64,000 nucleotides of DNA from contig NC_068993.1 of the NCBI RefSeq assembly GCF_001194135.2, positions 1,372,744 through 1,436,743 on the forward strand, read 5' to 3'. The notes below the pieces were generated by a model. That model made no database searches. It saw nothing but the letters and a program-made list of their open reading frames with translations, and was not told where the DNA came from. Both the position numbers and the translations under genes were made by a program. Below, piece by piece: positions 50,901 to 61,651 of the stretch (within the stretch, counting starts at the first letter, position 1; every line of letters starts with the position of its first letter). The DNA is from Octopus bimaculoides (taxonomy: Eukaryota).

Positions 50901-53900
50901 TCCACACATACAGGCTTGTTCTTTACAGGTGCCGGTGACACGTAAATGCACCCATGCCAGAGGCACCCAGCACACTCTGTAAAGTGGTTGGCATTAGGAA
51001 GAGCATCCAGTCATAGAAACCATGCCACAACAGACAATTGGAGTGTGGCCAGCTCAAACCGTCCAACCCATGCTAGCATAGAAAATGGATGTGAGATGAT
51101 GAAAATATCTGCTGTTGTTTAGCCTAAGATCAACACTGATTAAGTAGAAGGCCTATGATCCAACCATGACCACCTCTTTTTCTTATGAATAGGAAATCTG
51201 GGATTACATTAAGATGGTGAGGTCTGAGGGAGAATTGGCTATTTCTAGGAGGATGACTGACTCTGTAGAATCTCCCATATTACTCAATAAGTACCAGTCA
51301 TACACTATGGTCGATATAATCAACTACATATGCTGCCCTTGCAATTAAATGACAGGTATTATAGAAATGCATGGGGGTGGATCTTTTTGTTATTATTTTG
51401 AAATTTAGTAATTCTATTGAAACAAGGTATGTCGGGAGGAGGAAGAGGAGGTCTTTTTAAAAGCAGACCAAAAGCAAAGGGTCTGATATTGGTTCCCCAG
51501 TGATGCCATATTTTGCTAAATTACCTAAGAACAATAACAATGTCACAACTTCCAGTTCAAAAAGCTCATTCCAGTCATTGTTTTAATGTAAACTTTTCCA
51601 TGCTTGCATTGGTCAAACAGAATCCCTTGAGGCTGGTTTCCTACAGACTGGATGCCTCTCCTGTCACTAAGTAAGCTAATACTTCCCCTTTGGCCAAACA
51701 GGTTTTCCATGAAAGGCTGGAAAAGAACCTAATTGCCTGTATGACAGTGACACTTATATCTGACCATCACCATTTAATGTTCATCTTCCTGGTTGGATGG
51801 TTTGATAGGAGAGCTGCACCATGGAGTAGTAGTGAAGGGGGGTGGCTTTGCACCAGTTGATGAGCGGTTAGAGGTTACCTATATAATATGGCCTTCTTTC
51901 AGTTTTCATCTATTGAATTGAAGTAAAAGACATTTGTCCAAGGTGCCAAGCAACAGGATTGAACTTAAAATTACATTTAGGAAGTAAGCTTCTCAATTAC
52001 AAGGCTGCACCTGCCTGTGTCAAATATTGATCCTTAGAAATAATCAATCAGATATTTCAGACATTTAATGTTTCACAGCTGTTTATAAATTTTAAATCAT
52101 AAAAACAGCAGGTTTTCTCTAAAAACTTTTACTGCTAATCCACCTGGCACAGACCATGATTCCATGACTATAAAACCTGTCATTAATGGAAAAGTTTATA
52201 TCTAAATCGTTACCCCATAATTTCAGAGAATATTTAAATATTCTAAGCTTCATTTTAATAATGAAGTAGCTAATTACTGTTGCTAAATCCTTCCAAATTC
52301 TTGCTCGTTTTAAGAGTTAATTGAAAGAAAGCATTTTATTCCCAAAAACAAAATATCCTCATGGTTATAGGCACAGATTTGGCTATGTGGTAAGAAGCTT
52401 GCCTTCCAAACACAAGGTACCACTGCATAGTACCTTGAGCAAGTGATTTCGTGAACGGAAATTGTGTGGGGGGGGTCTCTGTTCCCCACCACTCCAGTGT
52501 TGGTTAATTTATGTCCCCATAACTTAGTGGTTTGGCAAAAGAAACTGATAGAATAAGTATCGGGCTTAAAAAGAAAGTCCTGATGTCAATTCATTTAACT
52601 AAAAATTCTTCAAAGCCCCAGTCTTAATGACTGAAACAAGTAAAAGATAATATAGTTTAGCTTTAATTAGCAGAGATATTTAGTCATGATTATCTCTCTA
52701 ATACTGATTATATAAAACTGGAATTATATGTTTAGTGTGTTGGCTAACGGTCCAAGGCTGAGATAACATCTGCTAACTCATTGACCCAGCAACCATGAAG
52801 AGGCACAGGTCACTGTTCTCTGAATTCATAGGGTTTGATGTCATAACTCTTCTAAAAGTGGGAGAGAGGAACAGGAAACTGTTTGTGAGAATTCTTCTCA
52901 AAGAATACAGCTTGTGTAAGTCACCAAGAATTGTCTTTAGGCTTTAGTCTCTCAAGCAAAAGCTTTAGTTTCAATAGTAAAAACAAAATATAATTAAAAA
53001 ATTAAAACAAAACTGGTAAAAATGTAACAATTTTTTTTTTTTTAATTAAAAAATAAAAATCAGGTAATATTTGTGTAAAACTATATTTTAATTACAAAGA
53101 ATTCATGTCAATCTCCATAGGAGCTTTTCTGCAAAGAATCTTCTTGATAGACTTATTAAATCTGTTAAATTACCTAAGAATATAAAATAAATGAGGATTA
53201 AAAACAAGAAAAAGAGACTTTCTATGTAAAAAAATTAGAAAGGTGGTGAAATGTCAAAATTCTAAAATACCATTCTAGATATCTCTTACAATATTTTATT
53301 TCTATTAGGTTCTTGGTGGAGGTAAAGACAATTTAAGAGATGAGGAATTATGTACATTATTTACAATTGATGGATATTTGTCCTCATCTTGTTAACACAA
53401 CGTTTCGGCTGATATATCCTCCAGCCTTCATTGGGGGTTCGAAATTTCCCCAATGAAGGCTGGAGGATATATCAGCCGAAACGTTGTGTTAACAAGATGA
53501 GAACAAATATCCATCAATTGTAAATGTTACTGGTATCAAAGGCAACCACAGCAGGAACCTAAAGAATTGGTCTGTGAAAGTTAATTCATAAAAATTCTAC
53601 AGAGTAGATTTGTTGTGAGGAGTGAATTATTCCACATTTAATATTGACAACTCCAGCAGGATTTGAACTCAAAACCTGGAGAGACAAAACTTATTTAACC
53701 AAGTATCATATCATTCCTGGCATCACATTTCCATCTCCTAAAAATGGTTTCAAATTTTGGCACAAGGCCAGCATTTTCAGGGGTAAAGGGAAGTCAATTA
53801 TGTTGACCCCCCCAGTGCTCAACTGGCTCCTATTTTATGCCCCAGGAGGATGAAAGGTAAAGTTGACCGCGGTGGAATTTGAACTCAAAATGTAAAGACA

Positions 53901-55143
53901 GGTGAAATGCTGGGAAGCATTTTGGCCGGCATGCTACCAATTCCACCAGCAATGGTAACAACAACAACAAGGTATAGTCATGAGTCAGAAGTTGATACCA
54001 CTTAACAGTTTCACAAGAACTTCAATGTTTCTAGTGTTTCATTGTTTTTTTTACTAAATTTAGTCTCCATTAAACCCACTTAACCTTTCCTGACTCACTG
54101 CAGACAGTTTCTCAGCCAAACCCACTCCCCACCCACCTCCTCATAAACAATACTATTGCTGGCCCTCTTCCTCTCTAGCCCTTAGTTACAGTTTAATATA
54201 TTATTCACCTTCCCCTCACAAATGAAAGTCATTTGGATATACGATGGGAATCTAAGAAAGATTTGAAATATTAACAAAGGATGACACACACACACACGTC
54301 ATTTGTGACGAGAGATGTCAAGTAAACTGAGCAATTGAAAGAGATGAGGTAAGTACTGGAGGTAAAAATAAACTCATTCCACTGACTAAAAGAATGGTTT
54401 GTCCCAAAAGACTGAGCACCACCTTGCCTGCTGAGGGTTGGACACAAGCCTTCTTTGGAGGTGGTGAGCTATCATGCTTCCATTGCTTCAACTGGACTTT
54501 AGTCTCAGAATCAAAGTGATGGACTCGGGTTTCATCCTGTGAATTTGGCACTTCTTCACACAGCTGTCCTCGTCCATACACATCACATGATCCTACCAGT
54601 GCAGTCGTCTCTCTTGCACACCACATCTGATTCCTCTTGTGCCCAACTTTTCTCTCAAGATGCTTACACTCTGACAAACATACACACTGGCATCATTTCT
54701 TTCAAGCTTATGCATGTCCTCAGCTATCATAGCCCATGTTTCACTGCTATGTAGCATGGCTGTTCGCACACAGGCATCCAATAATTTGTCTTCCACTCTG
54801 AGAGAGAGGCCCTTTGTTGCCAGCAGGGGTCTGAGCTCTCTGAACTTTGCATTTGTTAGAACTGTCTTCATTTACCAAACCCGATTCTAGTCTGTGATAA
54901 TCCAAACATACCATTTAATCTCTTCAGATGAAATCTCAATTTTTGTGTCTCATTTCAGAGATGGACCTGACAATTGTCTACTCAATTCTAGGATTATTGG
55001 TGCTAATGACTCTGGTTTCAGTCAGCTTCAGCCTCTATGTTCTGTGTAGTCGGAAGAAGCAAAGAAATTGCAGTATCCGAGACTTCATGCCAACCAGTAG
55101 TTTGGCTTCGAGATCAAGATCACAAGGAACTGTGATATTATGA
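47956..55143 (+). CDS. Uncharacterised type I membrane protein: signal peptide, Cys-flanked LRR-like domain, Ser/Thr/Pro stalk, one TM helix, short tail (~292 aa)
   Basis: Exon 47956-48649 (acceptor at 47934-47935, donor G|GTAAGT, phase 1) encodes MINEYLSLFFLTILFHTCVHG, then CVWREQAKLIDCDKKSF...TTLSIKETPLKQLD...LPDLEIIDARRTKLNC. Phase-1 exon 54959-55143 encodes IVYSILGLLVLMTLVSVSFSLYVLC followed by SRKKQR. AATAAA at 55189 and 55198. Further exons could lie in the gap at 48755-49555. Confidence 0.65.
48755..49555. other. Assembly gap (N run, 801 nt)
   Basis: Run of N inside the intron of the LRR-like gene. Confidence 0.99.
49581..49856 (+). repeat. 46-bp direct repeat, 230 bp apart
   Basis: TTTGCATATTCGTAATCTCCGAC(G/A)TCTAAAACGTAGGAATCCGAAA at 49581-49626 and 49811-49856, one mismatch. 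Confidence 0.9.
53360..53524. repeat. Near-perfect palindrome (77-bp arms, 11-nt loop) made from the repeat family at 955-1060
   Basis: 53360-53436 is the reverse complement of 53448-53524 with one mismatch. Confidence 0.95.
54330..54545 (-). mobile_element. Mariner transposase catalytic-domain relic
   Basis: DETRVHHFDSETKVQLKQWKHDSSPPPKKACVQPSAGKVVLS matches the mariner DETWVHHF.PETK.QS.QW.H..SP.PKK....SAGKVM segment. Confidence 0.8.
54546..54875 (-). mobile_element. RTE LINE ORF2 C-terminal relic
   Basis: FRELRPLLATKGLSLRVEDKLLDACVRTAMLHSSETWAMIAEDMHKLERN...LREKLGTRGIRCGVQERRLHW, the typical RTE post-RT region. Confidence 0.85.
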
Positions 55144-55345
55144 CCAATTTGTAAATTTCCTAAAGATTCCATAGCTTGTTTCAATTTTAATAAAAATAAT
55201 AAACTGTTTTACAAAAAAAATGATTTTAGAACTATTCTTAAATTGGTATCTGCAAGTATATAAAGGGCAGTGTGAGTGTGTCTGTGTGCATGTAAACAAA
55301 TATAAAACAAAAAAAAATTTACCTTTAATATAAATTGAGTATCAC

Positions 55346-58300
55346 TCAACCACCAATTAGAACCATAGGGCGGTTTTTCATGTTCTTTATACTATGAACA
55401 CCTGTTGAGAGAAAACAGTTTGATGTATCCTTCCTGAACATAATCAGAACTTATTTAAAGTGGAATACAGACCCAGCGCGTCAAATAACCGCCTAATAAT
55501 TCAAAGCAACAGTTCAGTCTTAGGATAAATGTGAGAGAAGTCTTAACCAATCTGAGCAAACGGAGCTAAAATACTCACCAGCATGTTGTTTATGCTTCCG
55601 TTTCACAGCAAATTCTATATGCTTCAGGATTTCTTGCCCAGAAGCATTTTCTCGAATCATATCTTTCAAAGATATTTCTTCATTTCCAAAAAGACAAACC
55701 TGAATGTTAGAAATAGATTAACAACAATTTTTATTTTAAGATATTTTGTGGCCGTTGCTAGTAGCGCCCGACTGGCCTTCGTGCGGGTGACACGTAAAAG
55801 CACCCACTACACTCTCTAAGTGGTTGGCGTTAGGAAGGGGAGTCTGGTGTTGCCATCCGGTTTCACCAGTCCTCAGTCAAATCGTCCAACCCATGCTAGC
55901 ATGGAAAGCAAACGTTAAACGATGATTTCATGCAAAAACATCACCCAATTAACTCAGAGAGATTCAGATGTCACTTTTACAATCCTCTTCATACCATCCA
56001 GACCTCATTTGCATCTTGTGCAGACATCTGTTTATTTTTCGGTCAAATTACCATCTGTGGCATTCCCTCTTATCTTTGGTTTCCCAGCAATCTAGAAAGT
56101 GGTTCTATAGCAGCCCTTCATGCAACAGGTGACATTTTAGTTATTCACAGTTTCTCACTGGTTTTATTAGCCATCAGAGACCATTCCTTGCTTCCAAGCA
56201 AAGTAACATTTCCTCATGGCCAGACGTTCTCGCATAATATTGCTAGGATGGCAAGTGACAGTCATTTTATATTCCTCAAAGTCCCTAAATATAGAAAAGA
56301 ACGTTTTGTTGCGAGATTTACTTTTTCAGGGGAGGTAACTCTTAGGCGACGTAATTCAATAGACAAACTAGCCATTCGACAAATAGGAATGCAGGACTAA
56401 AACCCTTCAAAATGATGCCCCAGCATGGCCGACGACAGAAAGTAGCAAAAGGAATAAAAGAAATAAAGTTGATACCTTGAGGTTTCCATTGGCCGTAAGT
56501 CTTAAACGATTACAGGAACCACAGAAATGGTTTGACATGGAAGTAATAAAACCTATTTGACCTTCAAATCCAGGAACTTTGAATGCCTTTAAAAAAACAG
56601 AAAACAATAGTCTCAATATTTTACTAGTTTTTTTTTTTTAAATAATAGAATAAATTTAAAAGTTCAATAAGTTGTGAACATACTACAACTACTTACAATA
56701 AAGTATATAAGCAGGCAATAAAAAGTGAACTAATTTTTAATGTAAAACCAGTAAAATTATCTCTAAAAATTTTAAATAAAATAAACAATAAAGACATGGA
56801 TGCCAACATGACTATGTGGTTACAAAGGGGGTCTAGTGGAGGGAAACTATGTGGAAGCCCATTGTGTATGTGTGTATAATCCATGTGTGTCTCTCCCAAG
56901 TATGGTTCCATGCTTTTGCTAATTGTTTTAGGTGCCTGTGGAGTCAAGAGAAGACATCTTTTTGGCTGTTCTTTGAGCCAGCAGAAAATCCAAAATTTTG
57001 CAGGAGGAACAGAGCTGTACCAGCAACTTGGTTGGTACCCATTGTTAGTTGAGTAGACTGGAGTAATAAGAAATGAATTACCATGCTCAAGGATAAAATG
57101 CACCATCAAGTCCAGGTATCAAACCTGGCCTAGTTATTAGGGTCGCATGTGTGCACAGGTGTGTGTGCGTGCGTACATGTATTTCAAGGATCTATATTGA
57201 TGGAACATCAATGAGAAACTGAAAAACTGTTGCTTTTTAAGTAAGTTCCTGGAAATGTTTGGTCTGCACTGAGTTACAGAAATTCCCCAATCACACCATC
57301 ATAAATAGTGAACCAATGATCAGTCTATTGAAAACCTGGAACCATTGTTCACCAATTCTAATATAAAATATGGTAAACTTTTACAAAAATACCAACATCA
57401 ACTCAGAACCAAATTCTCCAGATAGTAAAAGACATCAAAATCCAGGAATATGTTTTCTACATACCTTTGATGTATCATTAGGTTTATCTTTAAGTTTTGA
57501 TATGTTTGGCCATTTTCTTTTAATAATTTCCAACATGTCTTTGTAAGGAACCATTTTCTTCAAATTCCATTTGTTGTCTTGAAAAGGCATGTATTCTATA
57601 AATCGTACATCTATATTCTGAAAGGATAAACAATGATTTTTCGATAATAATTCAAGGCTTAAAAGTTGGAGGGGAGGGGGCAAGACACAATGCCGCTAAG
57701 TATTTCGTCCATCATGCCAGAAGAATTGCTGCCAGCATGACATCCTAATAATGGTTTCAAGTTTTGGCACAAGGCCAGCAATTTGGGTGGAGTGGGTGGG
57801 TGGGTTAAGTTGATTACATTGGCCACAATGTTCAATTGATGTTTATTTTATCAACCCCGAAAGGATGAAAGGCAAAGAGGACCTTGACAGAATTTGAACT
57901 CAGAACGTAAAGACGGATAAAATGCTGCCAGGTGTGTTAATGATTCTGCCAGCTCGCTGCCTTCATGACACCTTAATAATAATAATTCTTGATAATTTTT
58001 GACACAGAACCAGCAACTTTTAGGGGAGGAAGAAATAGATTATATTGACCCCAGAGCTCAACTGGTCCTTATTTTATTGACCTCAGAAGGATGAAAGACA
58101 AAGTCTACCTCAGTGGAATTTGAACTAGGAACATAAAGCTAGAAGAAATGCCTTTGTCCAGTGTGCTAACGACTCTGCCAGCTAATTGCAATAATAATCC
58201 TTTCTACTATAGGCACAAGGCCTGAAATTTTGTAGGAGGGGGCCAGTCTCAACCCTGAAAGGGATAAAAGGCAAAGTTGACCTTGGTGGAATTTGAACTC

Positions 58301-61300
58301 AGAACAGTGACGGGTGAAATACCGCTAAGCACTCCATCCAGCGTGCTAACGAGTCTGCCAGCTCACTGCCTTAATGATAATAATCGTTTCTACTGGAAGC
58401 ACAAGGCCTCAAATTTGGCGGAAGGATTAAGTCGATTACATTGACCCCAGTGCGTAACTGGTACTTATTCTAAAGTGATTTAAATTAAACTACATTAAAA
58501 TTTCATGTTAATGACAGTTAATTTGGCAAGCTATCCATTATTTTCAAAAGTAATTGAAAGAACAGCAGATTTCAACAGAGGCATCGTAACAAGAGTGAAT
58601 GTAGATAGAATTCTGAGAAAATATCATCATCAGCACCACTGTTATAACATTCATTATCATTACTGCCATCATCATCATTATAAACACAAATGAAAATAAA
58701 CTCACCATTTTCTCTGTTAACTGCACAAAATCACAGATTTCATCATCATTGAGGTTCTTCATAACAACACAATTGATCTACAAAGATTCAGAACAGAAAA
58801 TCAAATCGGGTACAGCCAATAACATGGTTCTTGGTTCAATCCCACTATGCGTCTTCTATTGTGGCCTAGGGTTGACCATCGCCTTGTCAGTGCCATTTGG
58901 CAGATGGAAACTGTGCAGAAGCTCAGTGTATGAATGTGTGTCTTGATGATGACAAATATCCGTCAAATGTAAATAAGGTAACTAACAACTCTATGAATTT
59001 CACCGATTCCATGTTTGCTAGCACTGTGTCTACAGAACCTTCCCTCTGAACTATTTTAATAAATTAACAGTTTGTAGAGGAATCAAAGTGATAATGAATT
59101 TAAGCATGGCTACGTGAGTTCTTTTGCAATCATATGGCACCAGGTTCAATTCTAGTGTGTGAAACAGTTTGACTATGTGCATGTTATCATAAGCTCATGG
59201 TGAGATAAGCCTTGCAAGTGAACTATAATAGGAGGAAACTATGCTGAAGCTTATCACATGGCTTGTACCTATTCTTTGGTGGCAAACCAAATCTTTGGCC
59301 CAGTTTAATGCCACTATCTGTCTAACAGAATCTACTCTGTCACAAATACTGGAATTAAATTGCTCTGCCAGCCTAGGAGCCCCCATCACTAAAATGGTCA
59401 TTCCTTCTATTACTAAGCCATAAACGTTTTTTAAATTTGCAAGAAAAAATTTCAAATATTCTGCATTGACATTTTCCTTACCTTTAATGGAGAAAATCCT
59501 GCTGCCAAAGCACCCTTTATATTCTCTAAGACTCTATCTAAACAATTCCTTCTGGTAATGAAAGCAAACTTGTGTGGCATTAAACTATCAAGACTGACAT
59601 TCAGGGAATCTAAGCCAGCTTCTTTTAACTTCTCCACAACTCGATGAAGAATCACACCATTGGTTGTCATAGTAATAAATTCCAAACCATATTGTTTCAG
59701 GAGATGAAGTTCTTCTGAAATATTTAAGAATTACAAAAAAAAAAAAAAAAAGAACATCAAATTCCTGAGGAATTAAGAACTCTTTCAAAATTATTTCTTT
59801 ATTCCAATAAAACATAGAATATAGCAATAAACACAATTTCCAAACTATTTTTGGTAAATAAATTCACACCAATATGGTCATAGTTTTATTTGTCATATTT
59901 GTTGTCGCCTTACATTATTCGTGTTGCCATATTTGTGGAACAACAGAATTGTGTTCAGAAATCCAAGATTCAGATAAAGATTTTAATAACAATCTTAGGT
60001 AAAAAAAAGAAAGAAAAAAACCCTGTTCCTTAAACTAACAAAGAAACCTCTACTTGGTTTCTCAACTTGCTAGAAATAGCAACCAAATNNNNNNNNNNNN
60101 NNNNNNNNNNNNNNNNNNNNNNNNNNNNNNNNNNNNNNNNNNNNNNNNNNNNNNNNNNNNNNNNNNNNNNNNNNNNNNNNNNNNNNNNNNNNNNNNNNNN
60201 NNNNNNNNNNNNNNNNNNNNNNNNNNNNNNNNNNNNNNNNNNNNNNNNNNNNNNNNNNNNNNNNNNNNNNNNNNNNNNNNNNNNNNNNNNNNNNNNNNNN
60301 NNNNNNNNNNNNNNNNNNNNNNNNNNNNNNNNNNNNNNNNNNNNNNNNNNNNNNNNNNNNNNNNNNNNNNNNNNNNNNNNNNNNNNNNNNNNNNNNNNNN
60401 NNNNNNNNNNNNNNNNNNNNNNNNNNNNNNNNNNNNNNNNNNNNNNNNNNNNNNNNNNNNNNNNNNNNNNNNNNNNNNNNNNNNNNNNNNNNNNNNNTGT
60501 GTGTGTGTGTGTGTGTGTATAGCTATGTGTGCACCACAATCATCATCATTTAACATCTGTTTTCCATGCTGACATGGGCTGGATGGTTTGACAGGAGCTG
60601 CACCTGGTCCCATTGTCTGTTTTGGATTGGTTTCTACAGTTGGATGCCCTTCCTAATGCCAACCACTTTACAGAGTGTGCCAAGTGCTTTTTATATGGCA
60701 CCACACATTTTATACGGCACCACACATTTTATGTGGCCCCAACACATGCACGCGCGTGCGTGCTTGCGCGCGCGTGTGGTCCAGTGATTAGGATGTTCAC
60801 CTCATGATCATAAAGTCCTTGAAGATCAAGTAGTGTACACTGTGTGTTTGAGTGATGCACTTCGTTTCACATGGCTCCAGTCTACTCAGCCATAATGAGC
60901 CTGAGTGACAGTGCAGCCCTCCTTCCCTCCCTGTTACATCATTCCTACAAAACACATGTAGGCCTGACAAACAGAGGAGAGTTTCAGCTTAGACATATCC
61001 ACAACTTTACATGTTATTTCTCTCAATAAATATCCAGAATAAATTATATAAAGGTGCTACGTTGACAATTACTGAGCAAAGATTATCAAAGAAAATACCA
61101 CAAAACATACAAACTAATCAACTTTACATCGGAATATTTCTAGCTTTACTCATCATCATCGTTTAATGTCCGCTTTCCATGGTGCCAACTGAAAACTGGT
61201 TACCTGCACCAGGTTCCAGTCTGATATGGAAAGGTGTCTAAAGCTGGATACCCTTCCTAATGCCAACCACTCCAAGAGAGTAGTGGGTGCTTTTTATGAG

Positions 61301-61651
61301 CCACCGGCATCAGTCCCATTACACATTGGTGAGATGATATAATTCTAAGATATTACTCTGAAGTACATTTAAGTTCAGAAGAGAAGAGCTGACAGCAGTT
61401 GTCTCTAAGGTGATGATCTATTAGTTATGACCCTAACGAATAAATGAAACATAAAAAAAAACTGTTTAATTACACATTTTAATCACAAAACAATGTGGAA
61501 TATTTCAAAGTGTGAACTTACATCGAAAATTACATCTTTCCGTTAAAGATATCCGTAGATACGTATGTTGTCTGCCATAGTTATCAGTGAGAAAAGCAGA
61601 GAAAGGCAGAACATTGTTATCAAAATAATTCCCTGTTTTTAATGGAACTGT
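55346..61651 (-). CDS. MOCS1: Molybdenum cofactor biosynthesis protein 1, MOCS1A/MoaA (radical-SAM GTP 3',8-cyclase) part; 5' incomplete
   Basis: Minus-strand exons: 61651-61522 ([28 protein letters not shown]), one exon missing (probably in gap 60089-60497), 59714-59482 (TTNG, NVSLDSL), 58777-58706 (INCVVM), 57617-57465 (RFIEYMPF), 56586-56476 ([17 protein letters not shown]), 55699-55579 ([11 protein letters not shown]) and 55401-55346 ([10 protein letters not shown]). Phases are consistent. The first coding exon was not identified. Confidence 0.93.
57690..58470 (-). mobile_element. Head-to-tail stack of at least four same-orientation tRNA-SINE copies in a MOCS1 intron
   Basis: Units at about 57748-57972, 57975-58188, 58190-58372 and 58372-58468 (partial). 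Each has GGATGAAAGGCAAAG/GAATTTGAACTCAG-type motifs, separated by (AAT)n tails. Confidence 0.8.
60089..60497. other. Assembly gap (N run, 409 nt)
   Basis: Run of N in MOCS1, where an internal coding exon is expected. Confidence 0.99.

Noticed and set aside
53103-53173. Minus-strand acceptor TTCTTAG|GTAATTTA (and a similar one at 51524) as candidate MOCS1B exons
   Set aside because: Both frames stop within about 25 codons and contain no MoaC motif.
53309-53321. 13-nt AG-flanked, GT-ended micro-exon candidate in the orphan gene
   Set aside because: Its length is not a multiple of three, so it would break the frame into the TM exon.
55930-56400. 156-aa plus-strand ORF
   Set aside because: Antisense within a MOCS1 intron, starts in a retroelement tail, and has no recognisable motif or splice context.
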